Both the position numbers and the translations under genes were made by a program. Below, piece by piece: positions 1 through 10,777 of a DNA stretch of 64,000 bases (position 1 is the first letter of the stretch; each line of letters starts with the position of its first letter). The stretch is from an uncultured delta proteobacterium. Its GTDB lineage: Bacteria; Myxococcota_A; Polyangia; Polyangiales; B10-G4. Location: positions 160,001 through 224,000 of the forward strand of contig CAVSGI010000014.1 in assembly GCA_963727445.1 (NCBI GenBank), read 5' to 3'. The notes below the pieces were generated by a model that was given only the letters and a program-made list of their open reading frames with translations, did no database searches and was not told the origin of the DNA.

Positions 1-1
1 C

Positions 2-1357
2 GATCACGACGGATACCTCGCGGTGCTCGGCGACGGAGACTGCAAGGAGCTGTCCTCGAGCATTCACCCGGCGGCCATCGACATCCCGGACAACCACGTC
101 GACGAAAACTGCGACGGCTCCGACGCCACCTTCACCGCACTCGGCGCGCAGGCGTGGTCGGTCCCGCTGCCGGAAGAGGCGCCCCACGACCCGCCGGTGG
201 TGCTCATCACCATCGACGGCGCCAGCCCCTACCACCTCGACATCGGCGGCCCGGGAGGCGGAAGCGATCCCGAGGACCGCGCGGACACACCGAACATCCG
301 CGCCTGGGCCGAGAGCGGCCTCGCCTTCGATTACGCCTTCGTCGAGGGGCCTTCCACCCGCCTCTCTTTCCCGTCGCTCTTCACCTCGCGATGGGACAGC
401 GAGCTCGAGCGCTCGCGCGCACCGCGTCTGCCCCACGCATTCTCCTGCGAGCACTGCCGCCTGGCGACGCTGGTGCAAGAGGCGGGCTACGACACGGTCG
501 CCGTGGCTTCCGACGTCTACTTCTCACGCGCGCGCTGGAGCAGCCTGCTTCAGGGCTTCGCGACCGTCGACGAGAACGCGATCGGCCACGGCACGCACAA
601 CGCCGAAGAGGTCACCGAACGTGCCATCGAGCACATCCGCGAGGAGCGCGACCGCCCGCTCTTCTTGTGGGTGCATTACTACGACGCGCACCAACCCTTC
701 ACCCGCGTCGAAGGCGACACCGTCCAGGCAGACTCGCCTCTCGAGCTCCACCACCGTGAGCTCGCGTTCATCGATCAGCACATCCAGCCGCTCTTCGACG
801 AGATCGAAGAGAAGCTCCCCGAGGCGCTGGTCATCCTCACCGCCGACCACGGAACCGTCTTCCGCGCACCCACCGACCGGCGGCGAGGCGCCTATGGCTA
901 CGATCTCGACACCGCGGCGCTCCACGTCCCGATGCTCGTCCACGCGCCCTGGATCGCGCCCCGCCGCTCCGACGCGCTGGTGGCCTCCCTCGACGTGGTG
1001 CCGACGATCCTGAACGCCCTGCGCGTGGAGGACGAAGACATCGTGCTCCGGGGGCAGAGTCTCTTCCGTCACGTGACCAACGGGGACGCGCCGGAGGAAG
1101 GCCGCATGCTCTTCCATCAGTTCTTCCTGCCGGAGAAGGCGATCCGGGGAGAAGACGCCCTCGAGCAGGTGAGTGTTCGAACCGATCGCTACAACCTCAT
1201 CTTCAATCGCAAGGCGGCGCGTTGGGAGATGTACGACTGGCAGGCGGACTACTTCGAACAGGACGACCTCCTCGACATCCACCCGCCGCCGGCCGAGCGC
1301 GGCCCGCTCACGCGGACCCTCGAAGGCTTCGTCTACGCGATCTACGAGGAGCCCTGA
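2..1357 (+). CDS. Sulfatase-like (alkaline phosphatase superfamily) protein with N-terminal myxobacterial Cys/Asp metal-binding repeat; 5' end outside window
   Basis: Frame open from base 2 (DHDGYLAVLGDGDC...IHPAAIDIPDNHVDENCDG); sulfatase-type segments VVLITIDG, FLWVHYYDAH, ILTADHG, LHVPMLV. Confidence 0.8.
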   Translation, partial: DHDGYLAVLGDGDCKELSSSIHPAAIDIPDNHVDENCDGSDATFTALGAQAWSVPLPEEAPHDPPVVLITIDGASPYHLDIGGPGGGSDPEDRADTPNIRAWAESGLAFDYAFVEGPSTRLSFPSLFTSRWDSELERSRAPRLPHAFSCEHCRLATLVQEAGYDTVAVASDVYFSRARWSSLLQGFATVDENAIGHGTHNAEEVTERAIEHIREERDRPLFLWVHYYDAHQPFTRVEGDTVQADSPLELHHRELAFIDQHIQPLFDEIEEKLPEALVILTADHGTVFRAPTDRRRGAYGYDLDTAALHVPMLVHAPWIAPRRSDALVASLDVVPTILNALRVEDEDIVLRGQSLFRHVTNGDAPEEGRMLFHQFFLPEKAIRGEDALEQVSVRTDRYNLIFNRKAARWEMYDWQADYFEQDDLLDIHPPPAERGPLTRTLEGFVYAIYEEP

Positions 1358-1372
1358 GGGGCCGCAAGCAGC

Positions 1373-3103
1373 TCACTCCTCTTCGTCGATCTCCACGCCT
1401 TCGAGCGGCTCGAGGGTCACCGAGACGCTGGCGTGCCGGCCTTCGGCCTCGCCGGTCCAGTCGCTCGGCCCGACCATGACTCGCTGGGGCACGTGATCCT
1501 CCGCCCACACCAGAAGCTCCACCGGTTGATCGGTGCGCTGGTTCTGCACGGCCACGCCGGGGGCGAAACCGATGAGCATGTACACCTTCGCTTCACGGGG
1601 CGCGGTCACCACGCGAATGGTGCCGAGCTCCCCCGTGGGCGCACCCATGTTGTCGCGCGGCAGGGTGGTCTCGCCGAGCACCAGGTCTTCGAAGGCCACG
1701 TCCTCGGAGCTGCCCTGGACCGGTAGCTCGTAGAGCGCGCCGTCATCGCCCGTCTCCCAGGTGCCGTCGGCTGGTACGACCGCGCGCGTCGGGCCCTTGC
1801 CCTCCGGGATCACCAGGAACTCGCGCGCGACACCCATGGGCTGCTGCTCCACGAGGGCGGGTCCCCGTCCGACGTAGAGAAAGACCTGCGCGCCCTCCGG
1901 CACGACATCGACCTGGAGATCTCCGAAGCGGGCCGAGTGCTCTTCGAGGAGGCGCGCTTGCTCGTCGAGGCGCGCCTCCTCCTGCCGCTCGTGCTCGAGC
2001 TGCTCAGGCGTCGCGTTGCCGAGGAATCGATCCACCGCGTCCGGGCGGAGGATGGCGACCCCAGCCAACAGGCCTCCCGAGAGCACCAAGAAGAGCAGCG
2101 CCCACCAGATCCCCTTGCCCTTCTTGGCGAGGGTGACCTCCTCGATGCCCGACAGGTCCAGCTCACTGCTGCGGCCGCGGGGCTCGAAGCGCGGTGCCTC
2201 CGGCTCTGGGCTCGGCGCACGCGGCGGCGGCACGGAGGAAACCTTCTGACGCGCGAGCGCGTCCGTCTCGGCGTCGAGCTCGTCGAGCAGGTCGTCCTTC
2301 ACCGGCGAAGGCACCGGCCCGTCCTTCACGAGCGTGGCCTGCTCCTCGAACTCGTAGTCCTCCTCCTCTGCGGCGGGCGGAGCCGTGATGACCGCGGAGG
2401 CGGGCAGCCCTCGGTCGAGGGTCTCGGCGAGGGAGTCGTCGCGACGTGGCTTCGGCGGCGCGTTGTTCCAGATCTGATCGCCGCGGGCACGGGAATCACC
2501 GACGGACTGCTGCGCGGGTGCGTGACCCCGCGCCGTCTGGACCCGCGGCCTCATCTCCTTCGGAGGCGCGGGGGCGCTCAGAACCTCGTCGGCCCCGAGC
2601 AGTCCGTCGAGCGCCGCGTCCACGTCGTCTTCCTGTGGCGGTGGCGGCAGGCTCGACTTGCGCACCTCGCCGTCGCGCTGCGCTTCGCGAAGCATGCGGC
2701 TGAGCACGCGCCGAGCCGCTTGGCGATTGAGCGGCACGAGCGAGGCCTCGAGCTCGTCGCGGAGCCGCGCCAGATCCCAACGGCCGTCCGCGGGCCCGCG
2801 CTCGACGAGCTCGATGAGCACCGGCGGCACGCCAGGTCCGGCGGCGACGAGCAGATGCGCCAGCACCTGAACCACGCTCTTGGCGGCGTCCTCGTTGCTC
2901 GCGCTGTTCGGGGGCGCGAAGACCGAGACCGCGCCGTCGTCTCCGATGCGAACGTCACGCACGCCGATGCGCGCGGGCCCCTGGAGCATCGCCTCGCACG
3001 CCTCGAGCGCGACGAAAGCGCCGATCTCGAAGGGGACGCGCGCCTTCTTGCCGCGCAGCACGGCAACCAGCTCCTCCACCGTCAGGCCGAGCAGATCAGC
3101 CAA
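1373..3103 (-). CDS. Membrane protein: degenerate kinase-like N-terminus, Pro/acidic linker, single TM, PEGA-like C-terminal domains
   Basis: 576-aa ORF overlapping the hisF end; [26 protein letters not shown]-like motifs [16 protein letters not shown] and [16 protein letters not shown]. Confidence 0.6.
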   Translation of the reverse strand: MADLLGLTVEELVAVLRGKKARVPFEIGAFVALEACEAMLQGPARIGVRDVRIGDDGAVSVFAPPNSASNEDAAKSVVQVLAHLLVAAGPGVPPVLIELVERGPADGRWDLARLRDELEASLVPLNRQAARRVLSRMLREAQRDGEVRKSSLPPPPQEDDVDAALDGLLGADEVLSAPAPPKEMRPRVQTARGHAPAQQSVGDSRARGDQIWNNAPPKPRRDDSLAETLDRGLPASAVITAPPAAEEEDYEFEEQATLVKDGPVPSPVKDDLLDELDAETDALARQKVSSVPPPRAPSPEPEAPRFEPRGRSSELDLSGIEEVTLAKKGKGIWWALLFLVLSGGLLAGVAILRPDAVDRFLGNATPEQLEHERQEEARLDEQARLLEEHSARFGDLQVDVVPEGAQVFLYVGRGPALVEQQPMGVAREFLVIPEGKGPTRAVVPADGTWETGDDGALYELPVQGSSEDVAFEDLVLGETTLPRDNMGAPTGELGTIRVVTAPREAKVYMLIGFAPGVAVQNQRTDQPVELLVWAEDHVPQRVMVGPSDWTGEAEGRHASVSVTLEPLEGVEIDEEE

Positions 3104-3893
3104 GGTTCGCCTCCACCGGCCGGACGACGACCCCGTGCGCCGCGAGGTAGGACTTCGCCTCGGCGATGGTGTGCTCGCCGTCGTGGAAGATCGACGCGGC
3201 GAGCGCCGCGTCCGCGCGGCCTTCGATCAAACCCTCACGCAGATGCTCGAGGGTCCCGACGCCGCCGGAGGCGATCACCGGGATGGACACGGCGTCCGCC
3301 ACCGCCCGGGTGAGCGCGAGGTCGTAGCCATCGCGGGTGCCGTCGCGATCCATGCTGGTCAGCAATATCTCACCTGCCCCCAATTTGGCCACCGTTTGAC
3401 ACCATGAGAGGGCATCGAGGCCGGTCCCCTTGCGGCCGCCATGCGTGAAGACCTCGAAGAATGGCGCATCTTCGGCGCCTTTCGGCGCCGCAGCGCGTCG
3501 AGCGTCCACCGCCACCACCAGGACCTGGCGCCCCCAGACCGAGGCGATCTCGCCCACCAGATCCGGATTCGCCACCGCCGCCGAGTTCACGGCGATCTTG
3601 TCGGCGCCGGCGTGGAGGAGGTCACGCACGTCGTCCCTCGAACGGACGCCGCCGCCGACGGTCAGCGGCACACCGACGCGCGCCGCCGTGCGCTCGACCA
3701 GGTCGAGTAGGATGGGTCGCTCCTCGTGACTCGCGCCGATATCGAGGAAGGTGATCTCGTCGGCGCCGCCCGCGGTGTATCGCGTGGCGCACTCGACGGG
3801 GTCGCCGGCGTCCCTGAGCCCGACGAAGTTCACGCCCTTCACCACGCGCCCTTCCGCGACGTCGAGGCAGGGAATGATGCGCTTGGCGAGCAT
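3096..3893 (-). CDS. hisF: Imidazole glycerol phosphate synthase cyclase subunit
   Basis: [48 protein letters not shown]; start ATG at 3893 overlaps hisA stop. Confidence 0.97.
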   Translation of the reverse strand: MLAKRIIPCLDVAEGRVVKGVNFVGLRDAGDPVECATRYTAGGADEITFLDIGASHEERPILLDLVERTAARVGVPLTVGGGVRSRDDVRDLLHAGADKIAVNSAAVANPDLVGEIASVWGRQVLVVAVDARRAAAPKGAEDAPFFEVFTHGGRKGTGLDALSWCQTVAKLGAGEILLTSMDRDGTRDGYDLALTRAVADAVSIPVIASGGVGTLEHLREGLIEGRADAALAASIFHDGEHTIAEAKSYLAAHGVVVRPVEANLG

Positions 3894-4621
3894 CACCCCA
3901 CCCCGGCGAGCGCCGAGAGCGCTTCTGCGAGGGTGAAGGCGCCCGCGTAGAGCGCGCGCCCACAGACCGCCGCGCTCACACCGGCGCGCGAAAGCGCTTC
4001 GAGGTGCGCGAGACTTCCGATGCCGCCCGAGGCGATCACCGTCGCGCCGACGGCGCGCGACATCGACGCCGTGCCCTCGACGTCCGGTCCCTCGCGCGTG
4101 CCGTCGCGATCGATGTTCGTGTAGAGGAAGCCCCACGGCCCCGGTTCCCAGCCGTCGATCTCGGTCGCCAGCGCCATCGCCGGTCGCCCCGTGCCCTCGA
4201 GCCAGCCCTCTACCGCGACCTCTCCGTCTCGCGCATCGATCGCCACCACTACGGCGCTCGGCGCGCCCGCGCACATCGCGCGCACCCACGCGGGGGACTT
4301 CACCGCCGCCGTGCCGACGACGACGCGCGAGGCGCCAGCACCGAGCCAGCGCTCCGCCGTCTCAGCCGCGCGGATGCCCCCGCCGACCTGCACCCGGAGT
4401 CCGGTCGCGCCGAGGATCGCCTCGACCGCAGCCACGTTCACGGGCGCGCCGTCCCGCGCACCGTCGAGATCGACGACGTGCAGCCAGCGCGCGCCCTCGT
4501 CCGCGAAGCGCCGCGCCATCTCCGCCGGATCGTCCGCGTAGACCGTCACCTCGTCGTAGCGGCCCTTGTGCAGACGCACGACCTTTCCATCGAGAAGATC
4601 GATCGCAGGGATCAGCTCCAT
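3893..4621 (-). CDS. hisA: ProFAR isomerase
   Basis: [48 protein letters not shown]; between hisH and hisF. Confidence 0.96.
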   Translation of the reverse strand: MELIPAIDLLDGKVVRLHKGRYDEVTVYADDPAEMARRFADEGARWLHVVDLDGARDGAPVNVAAVEAILGATGLRVQVGGGIRAAETAERWLGAGASRVVVGTAAVKSPAWVRAMCAGAPSAVVVAIDARDGEVAVEGWLEGTGRPAMALATEIDGWEPGPWGFLYTNIDRDGTREGPDVEGTASMSRAVGATVIASGGIGSLAHLEALSRAGVSAAVCGRALYAGAFTLAEALSALAGVG

Positions 4622-5241
4622 CACCCCACCTCCAAAAAGCGCCGCAGAAAAGCCTCTCCGGCGGCCTGGCTCTTCTCGGGGTGGAACTGGCAGGCGAGAA
4701 CGTTGTCCCGCGCGACCGCTGCGCAGATGGGCCGGCCGTAGTCGGCCTCTCCGGTGATGATCGACCGGTCGCTCGGCACGCAGGCGAAGCCGTGGACGAA
4801 ATAGAACCACGACTCATCGGGGAAGCCGCGGCCGCGCACGCGATTCCAACCCATGTGCGGCACCTTGAGGCGGCCGCCGTCCCGCGGGTCGACCAGGTCC
4901 TCCTCGAGCGCCACCACCGGACCCTCGAAGTGCGCGAGCCCGCGCCGCCCGGGCGCCTCTTCGCTCTCTTCGAAGAGCGCCTGCATGCCGAGGCAGATCC
5001 CCAGATAGGGCGTGCCGCGGCCGAGCGCCTCGGTCAGCGCGTCGCCGTGGCCCTCGTCGAGCGCGTCGGCGAAATCGCCGAAGCCGCCCTGCCCCGGCAC
5101 CACCAGGCGCTCGGCGCGGGCGACCTCGTCGGGGTCGCGCGAGATGCGGGGCTCGGCGCCGACCGCTGACAGTGCGCGCCTCACACTGCCGAGGTTCCCG
5201 AGGCCGAGGTCGACGATGACCACGGAGGGGCTGTGGATCAT
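4621..5241 (-). CDS. hisH: Imidazole glycerol phosphate synthase glutaminase subunit
   Basis: GNLGSV, PGQG, LGICLGMQ, VPHMGWN, FYFVH, QFHPEKS. Confidence 0.96.
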   Translation of the reverse strand: MIHSPSVVIVDLGLGNLGSVRRALSAVGAEPRISRDPDEVARAERLVVPGQGGFGDFADALDEGHGDALTEALGRGTPYLGICLGMQALFEESEEAPGRRGLAHFEGPVVALEEDLVDPRDGGRLKVPHMGWNRVRGRGFPDESWFYFVHGFACVPSDRSIITGEADYGRPICAAVARDNVLACQFHPEKSQAAGEAFLRRFLEVG

Positions 5242-5245
5242 CGCC

Positions 5246-5842
5246 TCAGCCGCCTCCCAACGTCCCCTTGGTCGAGGGGATGCCCGCGACGCGGGGGTCG
5301 TGCTCGATGGCGACGCGCAGGGCGCGAGCGAAAGCCTTGAAGCAGATCTCGATGATGTGGTGAAGGTTCTCACCGCTGATCAGGTGGAAGTGGAGGTTCA
5401 CCTTGGCGGAGCGCGCGAAGGCCTCGAAGAAGACCTCGGCCAGCTCGGTGTCGAAGTCGCCCACGCGCGCTTTGGGGATGGGCACATCCCAGACGAAATG
5501 GGGACGCCCGGATAGATCGAGGGCGCAGGTCACACACGCTTCGTCCATCGGCAGTGTCGCCGAGCCATAGCGACGGATCTGCACCTTGTCACCGAGCGCC
5601 TCGTCCACTGCCCAGCCGAGCGCGACGCCCAGGTCCTCGGTGGTGTGATGACCGTCGATGTGCGTGTCGCCCTGCGCGTCGACCTCGATGTCGAGCAGAC
5701 CGTGACGCGCGATCTGTTCGATCATGTGGGTCAGAAAACCGATGGGCGTCTTCACCTGGCTCTGGCCCGCCCCGTCGAGGGTGAGAGCGACGTGGATGCG
5801 GGTCTCGCCGGTCTGGCGCTCGACCTCGGAGTGACGTGTCAT
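5246..5842 (-). CDS. hisB: Imidazoleglycerol-phosphate dehydratase
   Basis: GFLTHM, DGHHTTED, PMDEA, NLHHIIE..FKAFARALR, IPSTKG. Confidence 0.97.
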   Translation of the reverse strand: MTRHSEVERQTGETRIHVALTLDGAGQSQVKTPIGFLTHMIEQIARHGLLDIEVDAQGDTHIDGHHTTEDLGVALGWAVDEALGDKVQIRRYGSATLPMDEACVTCALDLSGRPHFVWDVPIPKARVGDFDTELAEVFFEAFARSAKVNLHFHLISGENLHHIIEICFKAFARALRVAIEHDPRVAGIPSTKGTLGGG

Positions 5843-5865
5843 GGGGCGAGAGGGTACCCCAAAAG

Positions 5866-6381
5866 CTAGCGTTTCTTCGCGTCCCTGAGCGCCTTCTCCA
5901 CCGCGGCCAGGCGCGCCATGATCAGCTCGTTGTCGGGCTCGTGGCTCTGCGCGATCCGCAAATTCAGGCGCGCGGTCTGCCAGTCCTTCTTCTTCATCGC
6001 CTGCATCGCCTTCTGGAAGAAGGGGCGCGCCTTGGTGGAGCGCACCGAGAGGATCCCCGAACCCCGGCTCCCCGGCGTCTTCGAGCGCCGGAGATCGTCC
6101 GCGTCGGGATCGTAGCGGAGCTTGCCCTGCGCCAGCTGGCCGTCGTAGCGGCGGCGGGTCTCGGGATCGAGGAGCACCCGATAGGCCTCGGCGCCCCGCC
6201 GGAAGATGTGTGCGGCGCGGCTCACCTTGGGATCCGGTCCGCCGACGTGGCGGTCGGGATGGAACTTGAGCGCGAAGGTGTGCCACGCCTCGCGGATCTG
6301 ATCGGCCGTCGCGTCCTGCTCGATCTGGAGCAACGTGTAGTAGTCGAGGAGATCGAGCCGGTCCTGCTCCCCCGAAGCCAC
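5866..6381 (-). CDS. J-domain (DnaJ-type) protein with C-terminal TPR-like helices
   Basis: DYYTLLQI...ALKFHPDRH (HPD motif)...AEAYRVLLDPETRRRYD; GTG start just after the Hsp70 stop. Confidence 0.85.
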   Translation of the reverse strand: MASGEQDRLDLLDYYTLLQIEQDATADQIREAWHTFALKFHPDRHVGGPDPKVSRAAHIFRRGAEAYRVLLDPETRRRYDGQLAQGKLRYDPDADDLRRSKTPGSRGSGILSVRSTKARPFFQKAMQAMKKKDWQTARLNLRIAQSHEPDNELIMARLAAVEKALRDAKKR

Positions 6382-6382
6382 G

Positions 6383-8407
6383 TCACCCCTCGCGCGACAG
6401 CATCTGTGCCTGGCGATCGACCATCGCCTGCACCTCGTCCTCGGCCATGCCGCCGACCAGCTTGATGCGAACGCTCTGTTCGCGGCCGGTCTCGAGATCC
6501 TTGGCGCGAACGCCGAGCGTTCCGTCGGCGCTGATCTCGAAGGTGACGCCGATCTGCACCTTGCCCCGCGGCGCAGCGCGAAGGCCCGCGAGCTCGATCT
6601 CACCGAGGCCCTGGTTGTCGTCGAGGCGGCGCGACTCGCCCTGAAAGATGCGGACGCGGACGATGCGCTGATTGTCCTGCGCGGTGGAGAAGATGCGCGT
6701 CTGCTCGACCGGGATGGCCGCGTTGCGCTTGATCACCGACTCGCAAAAGCCGCCCACGGTCTCGATGCCCAGGCTGTGAGGCGTGACGTCGAGGAGCAGC
6801 GGCATCGACGGCTCGGGCGGCGCGCTCACCACCGCGGCCGACAGATCGGGCATCGGCAGATCGGGCGGCTCGAGGCTTTCGAGCTCGAGCTCCGGCTCGA
6901 TCTCGGGCTCCACCGGGCGGTCGGGCGCGAAAGCAGGGCCGGCGGGGAGCGGGCCCACGCGAGAGGAGCCGAAGGAGGGCAGCGGTGGAGGCGGCGGCGC
7001 GTGCGCGAAAGCCGGCCCCTCGAGGGTCGTGGCGCCGGGGCTCTTCGCTCGCTGTGGAACCGGCGGGGGGCCGCCGGGCGAGGCCGGTTGCGACTGATAG
7101 CGCTGGGTCTTGTCCGGCTCGAGGTTCACCGCGGTGTCGCCGTCGAGATCGTACTCGGGGTGAACCGAGGCGGTGCGCGGCGGCGGGGTCTCGGAGGGGC
7201 GCTTGAGCTGATCCCGGGTGACCTTCCTGAGGCGGACCCGACCGAGGGCGGCGCGCTCCGCGGGAGCGGTCAGGGCCCGACCCTGAATCGCGGCGCCCTG
7301 CGCCACCACCAGGTCCGGATCGATGTCCTTCATCGGCTCGCGGCCGAAGTACTCGGCGACCATCCGCTGGACGAGGGGCATCCGGGTCGAGCCGCCCACG
7401 AGGATCACGTTGTCGAGCTGGGTCGGCCGGATTCCCGCGACGCGCATCGCGTCCTCGCAGACGTCGAAAGAGCGCGCGATGAGCGGCTGCGCCATCCGCT
7501 CGAGCACCTGGCGCGAGAGCGCGAAGGTCAGGTCGAGGCTGGCGCCTCCGGCACCGTAGGCGAGCTCCTCGATGCGCAGCTGCACCTCGGGCTGCTCGGA
7601 GAGCTGGCACTTCGCCCACTCGGCGGCGGCGCGGAGGCGCTCGTAGGCCTGGGGATCGTCGCGCGGGTCGTAGCGATGATGCTCGAGGAAAGCGTCCGCC
7701 ATCTGCTCGGCGATCAGGACGTCGATGTCGTCACCGCCGAGATAGGTGTCGCCGGCGGTCGCCATCACTTCGAAGACCTCGCCCGACAGCTCGAGCAGGG
7801 TCATGTCGAAGGTGCCGCCGCCGAGATCGAAGACCGCGACGCGCTCGCGCGAGCCGCGACCGTAGCCGTAGGCGAGCGCGGCGGCGGTGGGCTCGTTGAG
7901 GATGCGCAGGACGTCCAGGCCCGCGACGCGGCCGGCGGCCTTCGTCGCCGAGCGCTGGAGCTCGTTGAAATTGGCGGGGACCGTGACCACCGCCCGGGTG
8001 CAGGGCTCGGCCACGTTGTACTCGGCCACGCTGCGCACCTGGCGCAGCACGAAGGCGCTGATCTCGCTCAGGGTGTAGGTCTCACCGCGCGCCCCCACCA
8101 GCACGCCGCCGGTGGGTCCGGCGCTCAGCTCGAAAGGGAAACGCTCCTGGGCGGTGCGCACCTCCGGGCTCCGAAAGGGGCGCCCGATGAGCCGCTTGAC
8201 CGAATAGATCGTGTTCCTGGCGTCGAGGAGGCGCCGGTCGCGCGCCGCGCGCCCGACGAGGATGTCGCCCGAGGGATGGAAGCTGACCACCGACGGGATC
8301 AGCTGATAGCCGTCGGGATCGGCCAGAACGCGCGCGCGACGGCCGTCGGCGACGGCGACGACGGAGTTGGTCGTTCCGAGATCGATACCGAGGACGGGGG
8401 CAACCAC
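6383..8407 (-). CDS. Hsp70/DnaK-family paralogue with long Pro-rich insertion and truncated lid
   Basis: [59 protein letters not shown]; start GTG 8407 or TTG 8416. Confidence 0.9.
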   Translation of the reverse strand: MVAPVLGIDLGTTNSVVAVADGRRARVLADPDGYQLIPSVVSFHPSGDILVGRAARDRRLLDARNTIYSVKRLIGRPFRSPEVRTAQERFPFELSAGPTGGVLVGARGETYTLSEISAFVLRQVRSVAEYNVAEPCTRAVVTVPANFNELQRSATKAAGRVAGLDVLRILNEPTAAALAYGYGRGSRERVAVFDLGGGTFDMTLLELSGEVFEVMATAGDTYLGGDDIDVLIAEQMADAFLEHHRYDPRDDPQAYERLRAAAEWAKCQLSEQPEVQLRIEELAYGAGGASLDLTFALSRQVLERMAQPLIARSFDVCEDAMRVAGIRPTQLDNVILVGGSTRMPLVQRMVAEYFGREPMKDIDPDLVVAQGAAIQGRALTAPAERAALGRVRLRKVTRDQLKRPSETPPPRTASVHPEYDLDGDTAVNLEPDKTQRYQSQPASPGGPPPVPQRAKSPGATTLEGPAFAHAPPPPPLPSFGSSRVGPLPAGPAFAPDRPVEPEIEPELELESLEPPDLPMPDLSAAVVSAPPEPSMPLLLDVTPHSLGIETVGGFCESVIKRNAAIPVEQTRIFSTAQDNQRIVRVRIFQGESRRLDDNQGLGEIELAGLRAAPRGKVQIGVTFEISADGTLGVRAKDLETGREQSVRIKLVGGMAEDEVQAMVDRQAQMLSREG

Positions 8408-8544
8408 GGGGGCCAAGGGTACCCCCTGGACGGGGGCCCGTCAGCTTGCTTGTCACGTGTCCATCACGGGGCTGGCGCACGGCGATTTGGGCGTCATGAT
8501 GAAGACGAGTGGCATCGGATCGTCAGGCGGTTTCAGACGACAGA

Positions 8545-9405
8545 ATGCGCCGGCCGAAGCTGGCGCCCGCCACACACCACGAGCAGCGCGATGCGCTCGT
8601 CTACGGCCTCAGGCTCCGCTACATCGACGTCCGCCCCACCAGACTCGAAGAGGATCTGCCGCTGCTCCTGATCCACGGGCACAGCTCGCGCCTCGAGGAG
8701 TACGACGCGCTCCTGCCCCATCTCACGCGTCGCCGCCGGGTGCTGGTGCCGGACCTGCCGGGCAGCGGCTACTCCGACAAGCCCGACTGCCGCTACGACC
8801 TGCGGCTCTTCGAAGACGCGCTCCTCGGGTTTTTGGACGAGCGGGGCATCGACAAGTGTCACCTCGCCGGGGGCAGCCTCGGCGGCAACCTGGTGCTCAG
8901 GCTCGGCCATCGCGAGCCCGAGCGCTTCAAGCACCTGGCGGCATGGGCCCCGGCCGGGGCGTGGGATCGGATGCCCTTCACCTCGGCGATCATGCGCGGC
9001 GTGCGCCACCTGCGTTTCCTCTTCTGGCCGATGCTGCGCATGCAGTCGCGCTTCTGGTACTCGAAGCGCTGGGCGGGCCGACACGAGGCGCTGACGAACG
9101 CGTGGAAGTACTACGGCGAGGTCTACGGACGCGGCTTTCATCGCATGTACTGGGACATCGCCCTCGATCAGATCGAGAACACGCTCTTCGACCACGCGCA
9201 CGAGATCGACCACCCCACCTATCTCGCCTACGGCGACGAGGACCACGGCCTGAGCCTCGACGAGGGCACTCAGCGCCTGGCCAAGATGATGAAGCGCGCG
9301 AAGCTCCGCTGCTTCCGCGGCGCCCGTCACTCGCTGGCGAACGAGATCCCCGAAGCGCTCGGCAGTGACGTGGACGCGTTCCTGGCGGATCCGAGCGCGA
9401 GCTAA
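8545..9405 (+). CDS. Alpha/beta hydrolase
   Basis: LLIHGH, PDLPGSGYSD, nucleophile elbow GGSLGG, C-terminal GARH. Confidence 0.85.
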   Translation: MRRPKLAPATHHEQRDALVYGLRLRYIDVRPTRLEEDLPLLLIHGHSSRLEEYDALLPHLTRRRRVLVPDLPGSGYSDKPDCRYDLRLFEDALLGFLDERGIDKCHLAGGSLGGNLVLRLGHREPERFKHLAAWAPAGAWDRMPFTSAIMRGVRHLRFLFWPMLRMQSRFWYSKRWAGRHEALTNAWKYYGEVYGRGFHRMYWDIALDQIENTLFDHAHEIDHPTYLAYGDEDHGLSLDEGTQRLAKMMKRAKLRCFRGARHSLANEIPEALGSDVDAFLADPSAS

Positions 9406-9797
9406 AGGGTGTCGCGCGCGCGGCTCGCTGCGCGCGTCGCGTCCGCCGTGCGCGGGATACTCGTTTCGCTGCGCTCACTCAGTTTGAGATGGGGGGGTGG
9501 CGTGCGCGCGTTTCGCTGCGCTCACGCGCTTGCGGGGTCGCTGGGCAGGGGGCCGGAGAGGTTTAATTGTAGTCGGGGCTCCGCCCCAACACCCCGGGGG
9601 GGACAAGCCCCCCGTCGCCTCGCGCTTCGCGCTCGGCTCTCACGGCTGCCCGCCCGGTGTGGAACAGATGGGCTCGCCGTACTCATTGGCAATGAGCTGA
9701 TGGTCTGCGGGCAGCGTTCGCCCCCCCCTCGGCGCCTGCGGCGCCGAGTCGCGGCCTGGCGGCCGCTCCGCTACCGGGGCCAACGGGCGGGGCCAAC

Positions 9798-10084
9798 GGG
9801 GACGGTCTACACTTTTAAACTTTCGTTCCGCCCCCTCGAGGACGGCCAACGGGGACGGTCTACACTTTTAAACTTTCGTTCCGCCCCCTCGGGTTCCATC
9901 GCGCATGCGCGCGGCCCAGCGAAAGTTGAAAAGTGTAGACCGTCCCCATCAAGCGCTCGTAACCCTGACGACCCGGGCGGGGCCAACGGGGACGGTCTAC
10001 ACTTTTAAACTTTCGTTCCGCCCCCTCGGGTTCCATCGCGCATGCGCGCGGCCCAGCGAAAGTTGAAAAGTGTAGACCGTCCCC
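9798..10084. repeat. Cluster 1 of the 97-bp inverted-repeat element: solo arm 9798-9825 and full elements 9851-9947 and 9988-10084 (137-bp tandem period)
   Basis: Arms GGGGACGGTCTACACTTTTAAACTTTCG / CGAAAGTTGAAAAGTGTAGACCGTCCCC read directly. Confidence 0.92.
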
Positions 10085-10243
10085 ATCAAGCGCTCGTAAC
10101 CCTGACGACCCGGGCGCCGTCAGGCGCCCGCGACCGCCTACCGCCTCGACAAGACCCCCACCATCAACTGCACGAGCGCAGCGAAGCGCGCTCGCCGCCG
10201 CCCGCCTCCGCCTCGCCAAGACCCGCGTCACCACCCCAACACG

Positions 10244-10768
10244 TCAGAGCCCCCCCACCTCCTCCGCGATCCACCGCTCCACCATGCGTGGGAAGGGCCA
10301 CATCCATCCATACGCCGGCCCTACGAACTGCTTCACGATGTGCGCGTGCAGGGTCGGGTCGCGGGCGGCGTCCTCTCCTTTGAGCTCGGCGGTGGCACGG
10401 AGGGTCTCGGCGTAGGCCTCCCACTCGAGACGCGCCCGACCCCACGCGAGTCCGAGCGGCAGGATGGGCAAGAGATACATCGCGCTCATCCCCACGAGGG
10501 TGTAGCGGCGGAACTGGCGCAGGTGCACCGCCTCGTGCCGCAGCGTCACCACCTTGTCGATCTCGTCCCGCCCCGCCCAGCTCGTCGGCAGGTAGATGCG
10601 CTGGCCGATGGTCGTGACGTAACGCGTGGTGTACGCGCTCTGGCCGCCGAAGGTCAGGACGTAGAGGACTCGGTCGATCAACCGCGAAAGCGGGTCGTCG
10701 GCTTTGTCGATGATGCGCAGCCTGGGGAACTCGCGCCGGAGCTCGTCGAGATAGTCGGCGCTCGTCAC
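10244..10768 (-). CDS. Hypothetical protein with HExxH zincin-like motif
   Basis: VTLRHEAVHLRQ followed by LEWEAY; starts 9 bp after the gyrA stop. Confidence 0.7.
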   Translation of the reverse strand: MTSADYLDELRREFPRLRIIDKADDPLSRLIDRVLYVLTFGGQSAYTTRYVTTIGQRIYLPTSWAGRDEIDKVVTLRHEAVHLRQFRRYTLVGMSAMYLLPILPLGLAWGRARLEWEAYAETLRATAELKGEDAARDPTLHAHIVKQFVGPAYGWMWPFPRMVERWIAEEVGGL

Positions 10769-10777
10769 CAGATCAGT

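Noticed and set aside
6776..8671. Long antisense ORFs (also 11609-13540, 17558-19681, 25362-26984, 36975-39110, 39369-41651)
   Set aside because: Shadow frames of real high-GC genes on the opposite strand
9798..10084. 28-bp repeats as a CRISPR array
   Set aside because: Copies alternate in orientation, spacers are repeated rather than unique, and there are no cas genes
9409..10234. ORFs across the repeat cluster (GTVYTFKL / KVEKCRPSP peptides)
   Set aside because: Translations of the repeat arms with no RBS or coding bias
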